DNA of 60,469 nucleotides, filler included. It is 4 parts of 4 records of this genome, joined end to end, with 100 filler letters (N's around TTAATTAATTAA, not from the genome) between each part and the next. Parts side by side here need not be neighbours in the genome. Positions count along the whole stretch, not along the records: positions 42,564 to 54,105 come from SRR20825019_279; 3 more parts are not named here. The stretch is one strand, 5' to 3'. The position numbers were made by a program, and so were the translations under genes. Position 1 is the first letter of the stretch. Each line of letters starts with the position of its first letter. The notes beneath the pieces were generated by a model. The model was not told the DNA's origin, did no database searches, and worked only from the letters and a program-made list of their open reading frames with translations. Below are positions 44,272-54,205 of this stretch, in pieces.

Positions 44272-46211
44272 TGAGTGATACCACGGCCAATACAGCCCCA
44301 AAGGCAAAGAAGAAAAACGGTGGACGCCCCAGCGCGCTCAGCCTGCTTTTGAATAACACTCTGGCGACCGGCGGACTGATCGTCTTTATCGTGATCGTGC
44401 TTGTGGCACTGGCCGCACCGATCCTCCCGCTCCAGCCGCCGAATATTACCGATCCATCCGTGCGGTTGTCTCCCCCCTTGAGTGAAGGTCACCTTCTTGG
44501 GACGGACGCACTCGGACGCGATCTGCTGTCCCGCCTGCTCTGGGGGACACGCGTCAGCCTCGCCGTTGGCATCTCCGCCACGTTGATTGCCGCTTTCTTC
44601 GGCTCGCTGATCGGTCTTGTTGCCGGCTATGCCGGTGGTCGCGTTGACAATACGCTGATGCGCGGCATCGATATGGTCATGGCATTTCCGTATATTCTGC
44701 TGGCGCTCGCCATCGTCGCCGTCCTCGGCCCGGGGCTATTGAATGCGCTTTACGCCATTGCCATCGTCAACATCCCCTTCTTTGCCCGTAATATTCGCGG
44801 CATCACACTTGGACTTTCGCGACGTGAATTCGTTGATGCTGCCCGGCTTTCCGGCATGTCACACACACGCATTCTGTTTACAGAAGTACTGCCGAACGTG
44901 CTCCCGGTGATTATCATCACCATGTCGACCACCATCGGCTGGATGATCCTTGAAACGGCGGGGCTTTCCTTCCTTGGATTGGGCGCCCAGCCACCGCAAG
45001 CCGACCTCGGCTCGATGCTGGGCGACGGGCGCAAGGTGCTGTTTACCGAAGCCTATGTCTCAATTGTTCCGGGACTGATGATCTTTGCGTTGGTGATGAG
45101 CATCAACCTTTTGGGCGACGGTATCCGCGATGTGCTCGATCCGCGACTGAAATCCGGAGCGCTGGCACGTCCGGGCGCAAGAACTGCAGTCAAGCGCGAA
45201 ACTGTGCCCAGTGATGGCCAGAAGGCAGGCACCGTACTCGATGTTCAGCAGATGCGCACGGAGTTCCATGTCGGCGGGAGCGTCTACAAGGCCGTCGGCG
45301 GCGTTGATCTGTATTTGCGCGAAGGTGAATGTCTGGGGCTGGTCGGTGAATCCGGTTCTGGTAAATCCGTCACAGCCATGTCGCTGATGGGACTGGTGCC
45401 GACCCCGCCCGGCCAGATTTCAGGCGGGGCTGCCTATCTGAACAATGAGGATCTGTTTGCCGCCAGTGATGAACGTATCCGCCAGCTGCGCGGCGCGGAC
45501 GTCTCGCATGTGTTTCAGGATCCACTTTCAACGCTGCATCCGCTGTTTACCGTCGGAGAACAGCTGGTGGAAGCTATCCAGGCCCATCAGCCACTCTCAA
45601 AGTCACAAGCCCGTCAAAAAGCGGCAGACCTGCTGGAATCAGTTCGCATTCCCAATGCGGCCAATCGCCTGGATTCGTTCCCGCATGAACTTTCCGGCGG
45701 TATGCGCCAGCGCGTAACCATCGCCATGGCGCTAGCCAATGATGCGAAAGTGATTGTCGCCGATGAACCAACCACAGCACTCGACGTCACCGTTCAGGCA
45801 CAGATTCTGGAAATGATGGATACGCTCAGGCGAGAACGCCAGACGGCAATCCTGTTCATCACCCATGATTTCGGCGTTGTCTCAGCAATCTGCGACCGGG
45901 TTGCGGTGATGTATGCCGGGCGGATTGTTGAAACCGGCACAACAGCCGAGATTCTGGAACGCCCTGCCCATCCCTATACCGCCAAACTGATTGACTGCGT
46001 GCCGGTTCTGGGCGAACCGGAGCGTCGTCTTGATGCCATCGAGGGCCGACCACCGGTGGTCAACAACCTGCCGGAAGGCTGTGCCTTCGCAGATCGATGC
46101 CACTTCGTTCAGGAAGATTGTCGCAGAGGCGATATCGGTTTGACAGCACTTGGCGAGGAACGCGGCGTGCGCTGCCTTCATCCGCTCAACCGGGAGAATG
46201 CCGATGGCTGA
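44271..46211 (+). CDS. Fused ABC permease (DppC-like) + ATP-binding domain (DppD-like)
   Basis: HLLGTDALGRD, EFVDAARLSG, GDGIRDVLDPR then GESGSGKS, LSGGMRQR, DEPTTALD and C-terminal Cys motif in one frame. Confidence 0.92.
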   Translation: MSDTTANTAPKAKKKNGGRPSALSLLLNNTLATGGLIVFIVIVLVALAAPILPLQPPNITDPSVRLSPPLSEGHLLGTDALGRDLLSRLLWGTRVSLAVGISATLIAAFFGSLIGLVAGYAGGRVDNTLMRGIDMVMAFPYILLALAIVAVLGPGLLNALYAIAIVNIPFFARNIRGITLGLSRREFVDAARLSGMSHTRILFTEVLPNVLPVIIITMSTTIGWMILETAGLSFLGLGAQPPQADLGSMLGDGRKVLFTEAYVSIVPGLMIFALVMSINLLGDGIRDVLDPRLKSGALARPGARTAVKRETVPSDGQKAGTVLDVQQMRTEFHVGGSVYKAVGGVDLYLREGECLGLVGESGSGKSVTAMSLMGLVPTPPGQISGGAAYLNNEDLFAASDERIRQLRGADVSHVFQDPLSTLHPLFTVGEQLVEAIQAHQPLSKSQARQKAADLLESVRIPNAANRLDSFPHELSGGMRQRVTIAMALANDAKVIVADEPTTALDVTVQAQILEMMDTLRRERQTAILFITHDFGVVSAICDRVAVMYAGRIVETGTTAEILERPAHPYTAKLIDCVPVLGEPERRLDAIEGRPPVVNNLPEGCAFADRCHFVQEDCRRGDIGLTALGEERGVRCLHPLNRENADG

Positions 46212-47193
46212 TGATCTGCTGATGGAAATAAAAGGCGTTGAGCGCACATTTGGCGGCGGCAAAACATTGTTCGGCAGGCAAAAGCCAGCCGTTCATGCCG
46301 TTCAGGATGTAACCATCAACGTTGAAACGGGCGAAACACTCGGCATTGTCGGGGAATCCGGTTGTGGCAAGTCAACACTGGCGCGTGTTCTTTCCGGGTT
46401 GGATATTCCGACCGAAGGCCGGATCACCTTTCAGGGCAAGGATCTGATCGAAGAAGCACGCAAAAACCCGCGTGAACTGGCCCGCCAGGTTCAGTATGTG
46501 TTTCAGGATCCGGTATCCTCGCTGAACCCGCGCAAGAAAATCCGCACCATTCTGGAAGCACCGCTTATACACCTTCGGGGTATGAAAAAGACCGAGCGCG
46601 CAGAGCGGCTGAAGACACTGATGGATGCGGTCAATCTGGCACCGGAGTTTCTGGACCGCTATCCGCACGAGTTTTCCGGCGGTCAGGCTCAACGCATCGG
46701 TATCGCCCGTGCGCTTGCTGCCGATCCGGAAGTCATTGTTCTCGATGAGCCTGTTTCCGCCCTTGATGTTTCAGTTCAGGCACAGGTGCTCAACATTCTG
46801 GATGACCTAAAGGCTCGGTTCGGCCTGACTTATCTGTTCATCAGTCATGATCTTTCTGTCGTCGAAACCATTTCAGACCGGGTTGCGGTGATGTATTTCG
46901 GCAGGATTGTTGAACTTGGCACCCGCAACAAGGTATTTGCCGAAGCCCGTCATCCCTATACACACCTGCTGCTTAATTCTGCCCCTGCTCCCGGTCGCAA
47001 GGCAGTTTCCGGCGGAGATCGGGAGGCAGAGCTTCCCGATCCCTACAACCCACCGCCCGGCTGCGCATTCTACGCCCGCTGTCAAAATGCTGCGGACGAC
47101 TGCCGACATGCCGTTCCCTCACTCAGCGAAACCAGTGATGGCGCAGACCATGGAGCGGCTTGCTTTCATCCGATGATGAAAAAGACAGCATGA
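46204..47193 (+). CDS. ABC ATP-binding protein (DppF-like)
   Basis: GESGCGKST, FSGGQAQR, DEPVSALD, PPPGCAFYARC. Confidence 0.93.
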   Translation: MADDLLMEIKGVERTFGGGKTLFGRQKPAVHAVQDVTINVETGETLGIVGESGCGKSTLARVLSGLDIPTEGRITFQGKDLIEEARKNPRELARQVQYVFQDPVSSLNPRKKIRTILEAPLIHLRGMKKTERAERLKTLMDAVNLAPEFLDRYPHEFSGGQAQRIGIARALAADPEVIVLDEPVSALDVSVQAQVLNILDDLKARFGLTYLFISHDLSVVETISDRVAVMYFGRIVELGTRNKVFAEARHPYTHLLLNSAPAPGRKAVSGGDREAELPDPYNPPPGCAFYARCQNAADDCRHAVPSLSETSDGADHGAACFHPMMKKTA

Positions 47194-47975
47194 CAAGACC
47201 GAAAAAAAAACGACAGGAATTCGGTACACCTCTGGCGGAAAAGAAGCGCAAGCGGCCGGATATCACCGCCGATATCCTGCGTGAGCGCATGATCGCAAAC
47301 GCACTGAAACCTGGTGATCGCATACCGGCCGACTGGCTTGACCCGGAACACCTTGGCGTTTCGCGCGGCACGCTGCGCGAGGCGTTGAAAATCCTAGAAT
47401 TTCAGGGGATGATCGCCACTAAAACCGGGCCGGGCGGTGGCGTCTTCGTGCGTCAGGTAGAGCCATCAGAGGCCATACAGACTGTCACCAATCTGTTTTT
47501 GCAATCGCCGCCTTCCATTGCTGATATCTACGCCCTGCGCAAAATACTGGAGCCGGAGCTTGCTGCCGATGCGGCTCGTGAATTCCCGCTGGACAAGGTC
47601 GAGGAACTGCAATCCACAATCCGGCTTTATGAAGCGCAACCTGAAACCGGTGAAGAAGAATATATTCAAAGGCTGGCCGAACTGGATTTTCATGCGGAAC
47701 TGGCCCGCTACTCGACGAACAAAATCCTTGGCTTCACCTGCGGTCTGTTGCTCAACCTCTTGCGCGACCTTGCCGAATGCCGGGCGATCTACGAAACGCC
47801 CAATCCAGGCTTGCGTGAAACCGGAATTTTATATCAAATATCCCTCATCAAGGCGATCCGTGCCCGCAACAGCGAAGAAGCAAGGCGGATCATGGCGGAG
47901 CACATGATTGACGCCGAGAGCTACATGCTGCAACGCGCGGCGATAAACCGAGCGCGCAGGGACAGTGATACCTGA
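47190..47975 (+). CDS. GntR/FadR family regulator with FCD domain
   Basis: LKPGDRIP, GVSRGTLREALKILE, GPGGGVFV, DFHAELA, MAEHM. Confidence 0.9.
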   Translation: MTRPKKKRQEFGTPLAEKKRKRPDITADILRERMIANALKPGDRIPADWLDPEHLGVSRGTLREALKILEFQGMIATKTGPGGGVFVRQVEPSEAIQTVTNLFLQSPPSIADIYALRKILEPELAADAAREFPLDKVEELQSTIRLYEAQPETGEEEYIQRLAELDFHAELARYSTNKILGFTCGLLLNLLRDLAECRAIYETPNPGLRETGILYQISLIKAIRARNSEEARRIMAEHMIDAESYMLQRAAINRARRDSDT

Positions 47976-48006
47976 AAAGCCACCTTGATGCGGATGATCA
48001 AAGAAG

Positions 48007-48951
48007 ATGCATATCGGGCATAAACATACGATCCACGATCACGACGGACACCTGGGCTGGAACCGCGCCCTGCAGCCGGTCATGCGCACGGTCTCCGGTG
48101 AAACCATCACCTTCTGCTGCCGGGATGCCGGAAACGGCCATTATCATGCCGGTTCAACCGCTCATGATGTGCTGACCGCAAATCCCGATGCAGCCAATCC
48201 GCTGACCGGTCCGCTGTTTGTGGAAGGAGCAGCACCCGGCGATGCGTTAAAAATCACGATCCATGAATTTGCCCCCTCCGGCTTCGGCTGGACCGCAATT
48301 ATTCCCGGTTTCGGGCTTTTGTCCGACCAGTTCCAGACGCCAAAACTGAAGCTCTGGAACTATGATACCGGCATTTCAGAGCCCGCCGTTTTCAATGCCC
48401 ATGCAAGCCTGCCACTAAGGCCTTTTATCGGCACCATCGGGGTTGCACCGGCAGAACCGGGAACACATTCCGTCATCCCGCCACGCCGCGTCGGCGGCAA
48501 TATGGATATACGCGATATTGCAGCAGGAACAGTGCTTTATCTGCCCGTCGAGGTCGAGGGCGCACTTCTTTCTATCGGCGATACACATGCAGCCCAGGGA
48601 GACGGTGAGGTTTGTGGCACGGCGATCGAAAGTGCGATGGATGTTTCCATCACTGTCGAGGTGATCAAGGACGCAGCACCAAAGACACCGCATTTCATGA
48701 CCCCCGGTCCAATTTCACGGCATCTCGATGCAGCCGGGTATGATGTTACCACCGGCATCGGCCCGGATCTGATGCAGGCTGCGCGCGATGCGGTTTCGGC
48801 AATGATCGACCTTCTGGCCCGCACGCGCAACCTCAATGCAGAAGATGCTTATATGCTGTGTTCAGTCTGTGGCGACCTTAAAATCTCCGAAATCGTCGAT
48901 GCACCGAACTGGGTCGTCTCGTTTTATTTCCCGCGCATCGTGTTCGGCTGA
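48007..48951 (+). CDS. Acetamidase/formamidase family protein
   Basis: NPLTGP, GGNMD, GDTHAAQGDGEVCGTAIE, AYMLCSV. Confidence 0.92.
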   Translation: MHIGHKHTIHDHDGHLGWNRALQPVMRTVSGETITFCCRDAGNGHYHAGSTAHDVLTANPDAANPLTGPLFVEGAAPGDALKITIHEFAPSGFGWTAIIPGFGLLSDQFQTPKLKLWNYDTGISEPAVFNAHASLPLRPFIGTIGVAPAEPGTHSVIPPRRVGGNMDIRDIAAGTVLYLPVEVEGALLSIGDTHAAQGDGEVCGTAIESAMDVSITVEVIKDAAPKTPHFMTPGPISRHLDAAGYDVTTGIGPDLMQAARDAVSAMIDLLARTRNLNAEDAYMLCSVCGDLKISEIVDAPNWVVSFYFPRIVFG

Positions 48952-48954
48952 CCG

Positions 48955-50148
48955 TCAGGCATGGCCCGAATGATGTGGGTGATCCGGATCATCAATGGTT
49001 CCGGTCTCAACATCGGCGGAAAGCTCCTGCTCGGCTCTGCCGGTCGGCTGACGGGTGAATCCCGTCATCGGGCCGTGTTGCTGGAAATCACGTTTGATCT
49101 CAACATCCGAGGTCAGATAGGCGGTAATCAACTCGGCCAGCGATCTGAGCGCGTGCATATGGATGCGCTCATAGCCATGTGAGGCATCGACACCAAAGGT
49201 AATCAGCGCGGTGCGCACATCAGCCCCGGCCTCAACAGCACTGGCAGAATCTGACCTGTAGAAGCGGAAAACATCCTTTTGGTAACGGATATCATTGTGC
49301 CGGCACAGATCAACCAGCTTCTTTGTCAGGTGGAAATCAAACGGCCCGGTCTGATCGGCCATGGCAATGGTTACGCCGAATTCGGATGAGTTCTGCCCTG
49401 GTGCACTTGTTCCATTATCAACCGAAACAAGCGACGCAACGTCATGATCAACAATGGACGAGGCACCGACGCCGACTTCCTCGGCAATCGTGAAAAGCCA
49501 GTGCGTCGCCACCGGAGTCTCGATCTTTTCATCCTGCATGGCTTTAAGCGCTGCAAGCATCAGCGCCACACCGGCCTTGTTGTCGAGATGGCGGGAGACG
49601 ATGAAGCCGTTACCCATAAATTCCGGCTGCGGATCGATGGCAACGATATCACCGATTTCAATGCCCAGCTTGTCCAGATCCTCTTCGTCGCGGGTCAGAG
49701 CATCAACACGCAATTCGACATAACGCCAGCCAACAGGCAGTTCATCGATTTCATCATTGTAGGTGTGACCAGACGCTTTCAGAGGCAGTATTGTCCCGCG
49801 ATAGGAGCCTTTTTCCGTGAAAATCGTCGCCCGTGCGCCTTCGGCAAAACGCGCTGACCATGTGCCGATCGGCACAAGCTCCAACCGACCGTTGCTTTTC
49901 AGAAATTTCACCTGTGCGCCCAGCGTATCGACATGAGAGACGATGGCACGCGCGCCGCGACTGTCAACGCCTCGACGAACAGCCCGGATAGCACCACGCC
50001 GTGTCAGTTCAACATCAAGGCCCAGTTTTTCAAGCTCGCCGGTAACAAAACGCACGATCGGATCGGTGTAACCTGTCGGGCTGGGTATCGAAAGCAGCGC
50101 TTTCAGTATATCGGACAGGTAGTCGGCATCAATCGTCAGACGTTTCAT
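48955..50148 (-). CDS. M42 family peptidase of the NAGGN osmoprotectant cluster
   Basis: SHVDTLG, RHLDNKAG, EEVG, SHGYERIH; third gene after asnO-ngg. Confidence 0.92.
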   Translation of the reverse strand: MKRLTIDADYLSDILKALLSIPSPTGYTDPIVRFVTGELEKLGLDVELTRRGAIRAVRRGVDSRGARAIVSHVDTLGAQVKFLKSNGRLELVPIGTWSARFAEGARATIFTEKGSYRGTILPLKASGHTYNDEIDELPVGWRYVELRVDALTRDEEDLDKLGIEIGDIVAIDPQPEFMGNGFIVSRHLDNKAGVALMLAALKAMQDEKIETPVATHWLFTIAEEVGVGASSIVDHDVASLVSVDNGTSAPGQNSSEFGVTIAMADQTGPFDFHLTKKLVDLCRHNDIRYQKDVFRFYRSDSASAVEAGADVRTALITFGVDASHGYERIHMHALRSLAELITAYLTSDVEIKRDFQQHGPMTGFTRQPTGRAEQELSADVETGTIDDPDHPHHSGHA

Positions 50149-50151
50149 TGC

Positions 50152-51984
50152 TTACTCGCTTTTTGGCCCCTCGCGCGCTGAAAGCCGCGCAGATGCGGGC
50201 ATTGAAAGAGGAAACAGCAGATCGACAAACCGCTCGGCTGTCGGCTGTGGCTCATGATTGGCGAGACCCGGTCGCTCATTAGCCTCGATAAAGGCATAGT
50301 CCGGGTTTTGGGGCGACTTGATCATCAAATCAATCCCCACCACCGGAATATTTATCGCCCGTGCGGCAGAAATCGCCGCATCCACAAGCTTGGGATGGAC
50401 GATATCGGTCACATCATGGATCGTGCCGCCGGTATGCAGGTTGGCGGTCCGCCGCACCCGGATCTCCTTGCCCTCTTCCGGCACATCGGCAAATGTGTAC
50501 CCGGCAGAGCGCACCGTTCGTTCTGTCTCCGCGTCCAGCGGAATGGATGATTCACCGCTCGTGGCTGCCGAGCGCCGCGCACTTTGTGCAGCGATCAGCT
50601 GCTCAATACTGGAATGACCATCACCAACAATATGAGCCGGACGGCGGACCGCTGCAGCCACCAGACGGTAATTGATCACGATCAGACGCAGATCGTCACC
50701 TTCGACCATTTCCTCAATCAGCACCGTATCGCAGTAGGCCTTGGCCTTTTCAACGGCTTCACGCACCTCCTCCAGCGAGGAAACGCCAACCGAAATTCCG
50801 CGACCCTGTTCACCCCGTGCGGGTTTGACGACCAGAGCGCCAGCCTGTTCGAGAAAACCGGCAACGGCCTCCTCTCCGGCGTCGGACGTCATCTGGCGCG
50901 GCACACGCACACCTGCCTCTTCAACAAAGCGGCGGGTGACCGATTTGTCATCGCAGATTGACATCGATACCGCTGACGTCAACTCCGTCAGACTTTCCCG
51001 GCAATGGATAGAGCGCCCGCCATAAGACAGCCGGAAAAAACCGCCCGCCGCATCCGTTACTTCCGCCGAAATGCCACGCCTGCGGGCCTCGGCTACAATA
51101 AGCTGGGCGTAGGGGTTCAACGCTTCATAGTCCGCCTGCTCCGGTCCGGTAAACAGCTTCTCGTTGATATGGTTCTTGCGTTTGACCGTGAAGAAGGGCA
51201 CCCGTTTGAACCCGAGCTTCTCATAAAGACGGATCGCCGGGTTATCGTGAAGCACCGAAAGATCAAGATAGGCAGCACCGCGCGCCATGAAATGCTCAGC
51301 GAGTCGACGGACCAGAGCTTCCCCGATACCGCGCTGACGGGCCTGCGGATCACTGGCAAGACACCACAACGATGCGCCGCGCTCAGGATCATTGAAGACC
51401 CGCGAATGATCGATGCCGGTGACTGTACCCAGAATATCGCCAGTATGCTCGTCTTCTGCGACAAAATAGACAATCGACCGGGCATCACGCTGACGCCAGA
51501 AGAAATCCGGTCTGACAGGAACCATTGCACGGGCGGAATAAATCCGGTTGATCGCCTGCGCGTCAATTTCAGATGTCAGCCGCCGGATGAAAAAGCCCTG
51601 CGGCGGCTCCGGCGCAGAACGATAGGTAGAAAAGTCGAGCCGGTAGGTATGCGAAGGATCAAGGAACACTTCCTGCGGTGCGGTGGCCAGCACCACATGC
51701 GGATCACGCACATAAATCGCGATATCACGATGATCCGGAACTTCCGCACGCAGCGTCTCTACCAGAAGCTTGGTATCGGAAAAGGTCTGCCCAAAGACAA
51801 TCCGTCCCCAGCCGCAATCAACGGAAACGTCCCGCTTGGGCCGATTTTGCTCTTCCTGACCACCGATCGGCGGCTTCATGCCCTGCTCACGCATTCGCCT
51901 TAGCCGGTGTTTATAGGCATCGCGGTTGCGATGATCTTTGCCACTATGATCGTGCGGATCTTTCGGTCCTTTATCGGATGTCAT
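50152..51984 (-). CDS. ngg: N-acetylglutaminylglutamine synthetase (GNAT + ATP-grasp)
   Basis: VDCGWGR N-terminus, GNAT domain, VVKPARGEQGRG, EANERPGLANH. Confidence 0.93.
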   Translation of the reverse strand: MTSDKGPKDPHDHSGKDHRNRDAYKHRLRRMREQGMKPPIGGQEEQNRPKRDVSVDCGWGRIVFGQTFSDTKLLVETLRAEVPDHRDIAIYVRDPHVVLATAPQEVFLDPSHTYRLDFSTYRSAPEPPQGFFIRRLTSEIDAQAINRIYSARAMVPVRPDFFWRQRDARSIVYFVAEDEHTGDILGTVTGIDHSRVFNDPERGASLWCLASDPQARQRGIGEALVRRLAEHFMARGAAYLDLSVLHDNPAIRLYEKLGFKRVPFFTVKRKNHINEKLFTGPEQADYEALNPYAQLIVAEARRRGISAEVTDAAGGFFRLSYGGRSIHCRESLTELTSAVSMSICDDKSVTRRFVEEAGVRVPRQMTSDAGEEAVAGFLEQAGALVVKPARGEQGRGISVGVSSLEEVREAVEKAKAYCDTVLIEEMVEGDDLRLIVINYRLVAAAVRRPAHIVGDGHSSIEQLIAAQSARRSAATSGESSIPLDAETERTVRSAGYTFADVPEEGKEIRVRRTANLHTGGTIHDVTDIVHPKLVDAAISAARAINIPVVGIDLMIKSPQNPDYAFIEANERPGLANHEPQPTAERFVDLLFPLSMPASARLSAREGPKSE

Positions 51985-51996
51985 CCGCGGGCTCCC

Positions 51997-53772
51997 CTAG
52001 ATGTCGTGGGATTGCAGCCACATTTCCAACAGGGCGACCTGCCAGAGCTCGGACCCACGCAGCGGCGTGATGTGGTTGATCGGGTCAATAAACAGATCAT
52101 CAAGATAGGATTTCCTGAACAGCCCGCGCTCACTGGAAACCTGGCTGGTCAGCGTATCCCGGACCATATCGAGATATTCGCCGGAGATATATTTCAGCTG
52201 CGGAACCGGGAAATACCCCTTCTTGCGATCAATCACTTCATGCGGCACAACCTTGCGTGCGGCATCCTTCAAAACGCCCTTGCCGCCATCATTGAGCTTG
52301 AATTCAGGCGGAATACTGGCCGCAAGCTCCGCCAGTTCGTGATCCAGAAACGGCACACGCGCCTCAAGCCCCCAGGCCATAGTCATATTGTCGACGCGCT
52401 TAACCGGATCGTCAACCAGCATCACCTGGCTGTCGAGCCTGAGTGCCCTGTCTACCGGACCTTGCGCACCCGGCTGCATCAGATGACTTTCAACAAAGGC
52501 CCGGCTGACATCTTCCTCCGCCAGCCATTCCGGCGAAAGGTGCCGCGCCATCTTCGCATGATCACGGTCGAAAAAGCCCTTGGCATAGTCCCCGACGACA
52601 TCGTTCGAATTCTCCAGCGGCGGATACCAGTGGTAACCCGCGAAGATTTCATCCGCCCCCTGACCCGACTGCACCACCTTGATATGTTTCGAAACTTCGC
52701 GAGAGAGCAGGAAGAAGCCGATATTGTCATAGGACACCATCGGTTCCGACATGGCGTTGATGGTATCGGGCAGCGCGCCCATCAGATCAGAAGAGGGAAC
52801 GAAAATCTTGTGATGATCGGTTCCGAAGCGCTCGGCAATCAGGTCGGAATAGCTGAACTCATCGCCTTTTTCGCCATTGGCCTCTTCAAAGCCAATGGAA
52901 AACGTCATCAGATCCTTCTGGCCTTCTTCCGCCAGAAGCCCGGTAATGATGGACGAGTCCACACCGCCGGAAAGAAGAACACCAACTGGCACATCGGCAA
53001 CCATGCGGCGGCGCACGGCCAGACGCAGCGCTTCCAGCACACGGTCACGCCACTCATCGCGGGACAGCTTGGCGGTTTCCGGATCGCGCTGATGGCTGGG
53101 CGACCAGTAGCGGATATCCTCAAAGGCACCATCCGGCTCAAAGCAACGGATCGTGGCTGGTGGCAGCTTGCGCACCCCTTTCAGGATCGTGTAGGGCGGC
53201 GGCACAACAGCGTGAAATGACATGTAGTGATGAAGCGCAACCGGATCGATATTCTTGTCGATGCCTCCACCCTTCAACAGGGCAGGCAGCGTTGAGGCAA
53301 ACCGGATATTTTTGCCGCTGTTGGCATAGTAGAGCGGCTTGATGCCGAAACGATCACGGGCGATCATAGCCCGGCCGGTTTCGCGCTCAACCACGGCAAA
53401 GGCAAACATGCCGTGGAAGCGCTTCACGCAATCGCGCCCCCAGGCATGATAAGCCTTCATGATCACTTCTGTGTCGCCAGTGGAAAAGAAGTGATAGCCA
53501 AGCTCGATCAACTCTTTTCTGAGTTCTGGATAATTATAAATGCAACCATTGAAGACGATGGTCAGCCCCAGCTCCGGGTCCGTCATTGGTTGTGAGGCTT
53601 TTTCCGACAGATCAATAATTTTCAGCCGGCGATGGCCAAAAGCAAACCGTCCCTGCGCGAAGACACCGCTTCCATCAGGTCCGCGCGGCGCAAGCGCCTC
53701 GGTAATACGCGCCACGGCTTCGGCGTCTGCAAGCGTTCCATCGAATCTGATTTCTCCGGCAATACCACACAT
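51997..53772 (-). CDS. asnO: N-acetylglutaminylglutamine amidotransferase (asparagine-synthetase-like)
   Basis: N-terminal MCGIAG (Ntn Cys), HRRLKIIDL, LLSGGVDSS, DDPVKRVDNMTMAWGLEARVPFLD; adjacent to ngg. Confidence 0.92.
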   Translation of the reverse strand: MCGIAGEIRFDGTLADAEAVARITEALAPRGPDGSGVFAQGRFAFGHRRLKIIDLSEKASQPMTDPELGLTIVFNGCIYNYPELRKELIELGYHFFSTGDTEVIMKAYHAWGRDCVKRFHGMFAFAVVERETGRAMIARDRFGIKPLYYANSGKNIRFASTLPALLKGGGIDKNIDPVALHHYMSFHAVVPPPYTILKGVRKLPPATIRCFEPDGAFEDIRYWSPSHQRDPETAKLSRDEWRDRVLEALRLAVRRRMVADVPVGVLLSGGVDSSIITGLLAEEGQKDLMTFSIGFEEANGEKGDEFSYSDLIAERFGTDHHKIFVPSSDLMGALPDTINAMSEPMVSYDNIGFFLLSREVSKHIKVVQSGQGADEIFAGYHWYPPLENSNDVVGDYAKGFFDRDHAKMARHLSPEWLAEEDVSRAFVESHLMQPGAQGPVDRALRLDSQVMLVDDPVKRVDNMTMAWGLEARVPFLDHELAELAASIPPEFKLNDGGKGVLKDAARKVVPHEVIDRKKGYFPVPQLKYISGEYLDMVRDTLTSQVSSERGLFRKSYLDDLFIDPINHITPLRGSELWQVALLEMWLQSHDI

Positions 53773-53835
53773 GATCGGGTCGGGTTCTCCTGTGAGATGC
53801 ATTTAGCGGGCAGATGCCCAATGAAGGTTACAACT

Positions 53836-53883
53836 TAGTTACAACAGAAATCATTTGAGTTCAAATCATTTTTGTTGTAACTA
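53836..53883. promoter_or_regulatory. 48-bp near-perfect palindrome, candidate operator between asnO and the MarR gene
   Basis: TAGTTACAACAGAAATCATTTGA-GT-TCAAATCATTTTTGTTGTAACTA; 21 of 24 positions pair; core TTTGA-N2-TCAAA. Confidence 0.78.
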
Positions 53884-53889
53884 TCCGCC

Positions 53890-54105
53890 ATGACGAACAT
53901 CAAAAACCTAGGTCTGAATAGAGACGCCAGTGTGACGCCCGGCAATGCGCAATCGGTCATGAAATCGATCCGGCGCATCGCCCACGCCATTGATACGCGT
54001 TCAAAACGTATTGGCCGGGAAACGGGACTGACCATTCCGCAGATTGTTGTATTGCAGGCCGTCCACGACCAGGGAGCGCTGACGACGGCGGCAATCTCGA
54101 AGCAG
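53890..54105 (+). CDS. MarR family regulator, EctR/CosR-like, 3'-truncated
   Basis: SIRRIAHAIDTRSKRIGRETGLTIPQIVVL resembles the RRI..AID..SK....GLT.PQ pattern of EctR/CosR. Confidence 0.78.
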
Positions 54106-54205
54106 NNNNNNNNNNNNNNNNNNNNNNNNNNNNNNNNNNNNNNNNNNNNTTAATTAATTAANNNNNNNNNNNNNNNNNNNNNNNNNNNNNNNNNNNNNNN
54201 NNNNN
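54106..54205. other. Artificial contig spacer
   Basis: 44 N + TTAATTAATTAA + 44 N. Confidence 0.98.

Noticed and set aside
44271-46211. Permease-ATPase fusion as a frameshift artefact or a novelty
   Set aside because: Single clean frame with a linker; such DppC-DppD fusions are already known
51004-53220. Long plus-strand ORFs (51004-51903, 51907-53220) and similar antisense ORFs over alaS, trpD and others
   Set aside because: Shadow frames opposite well-supported genes, with no recognisable motifs
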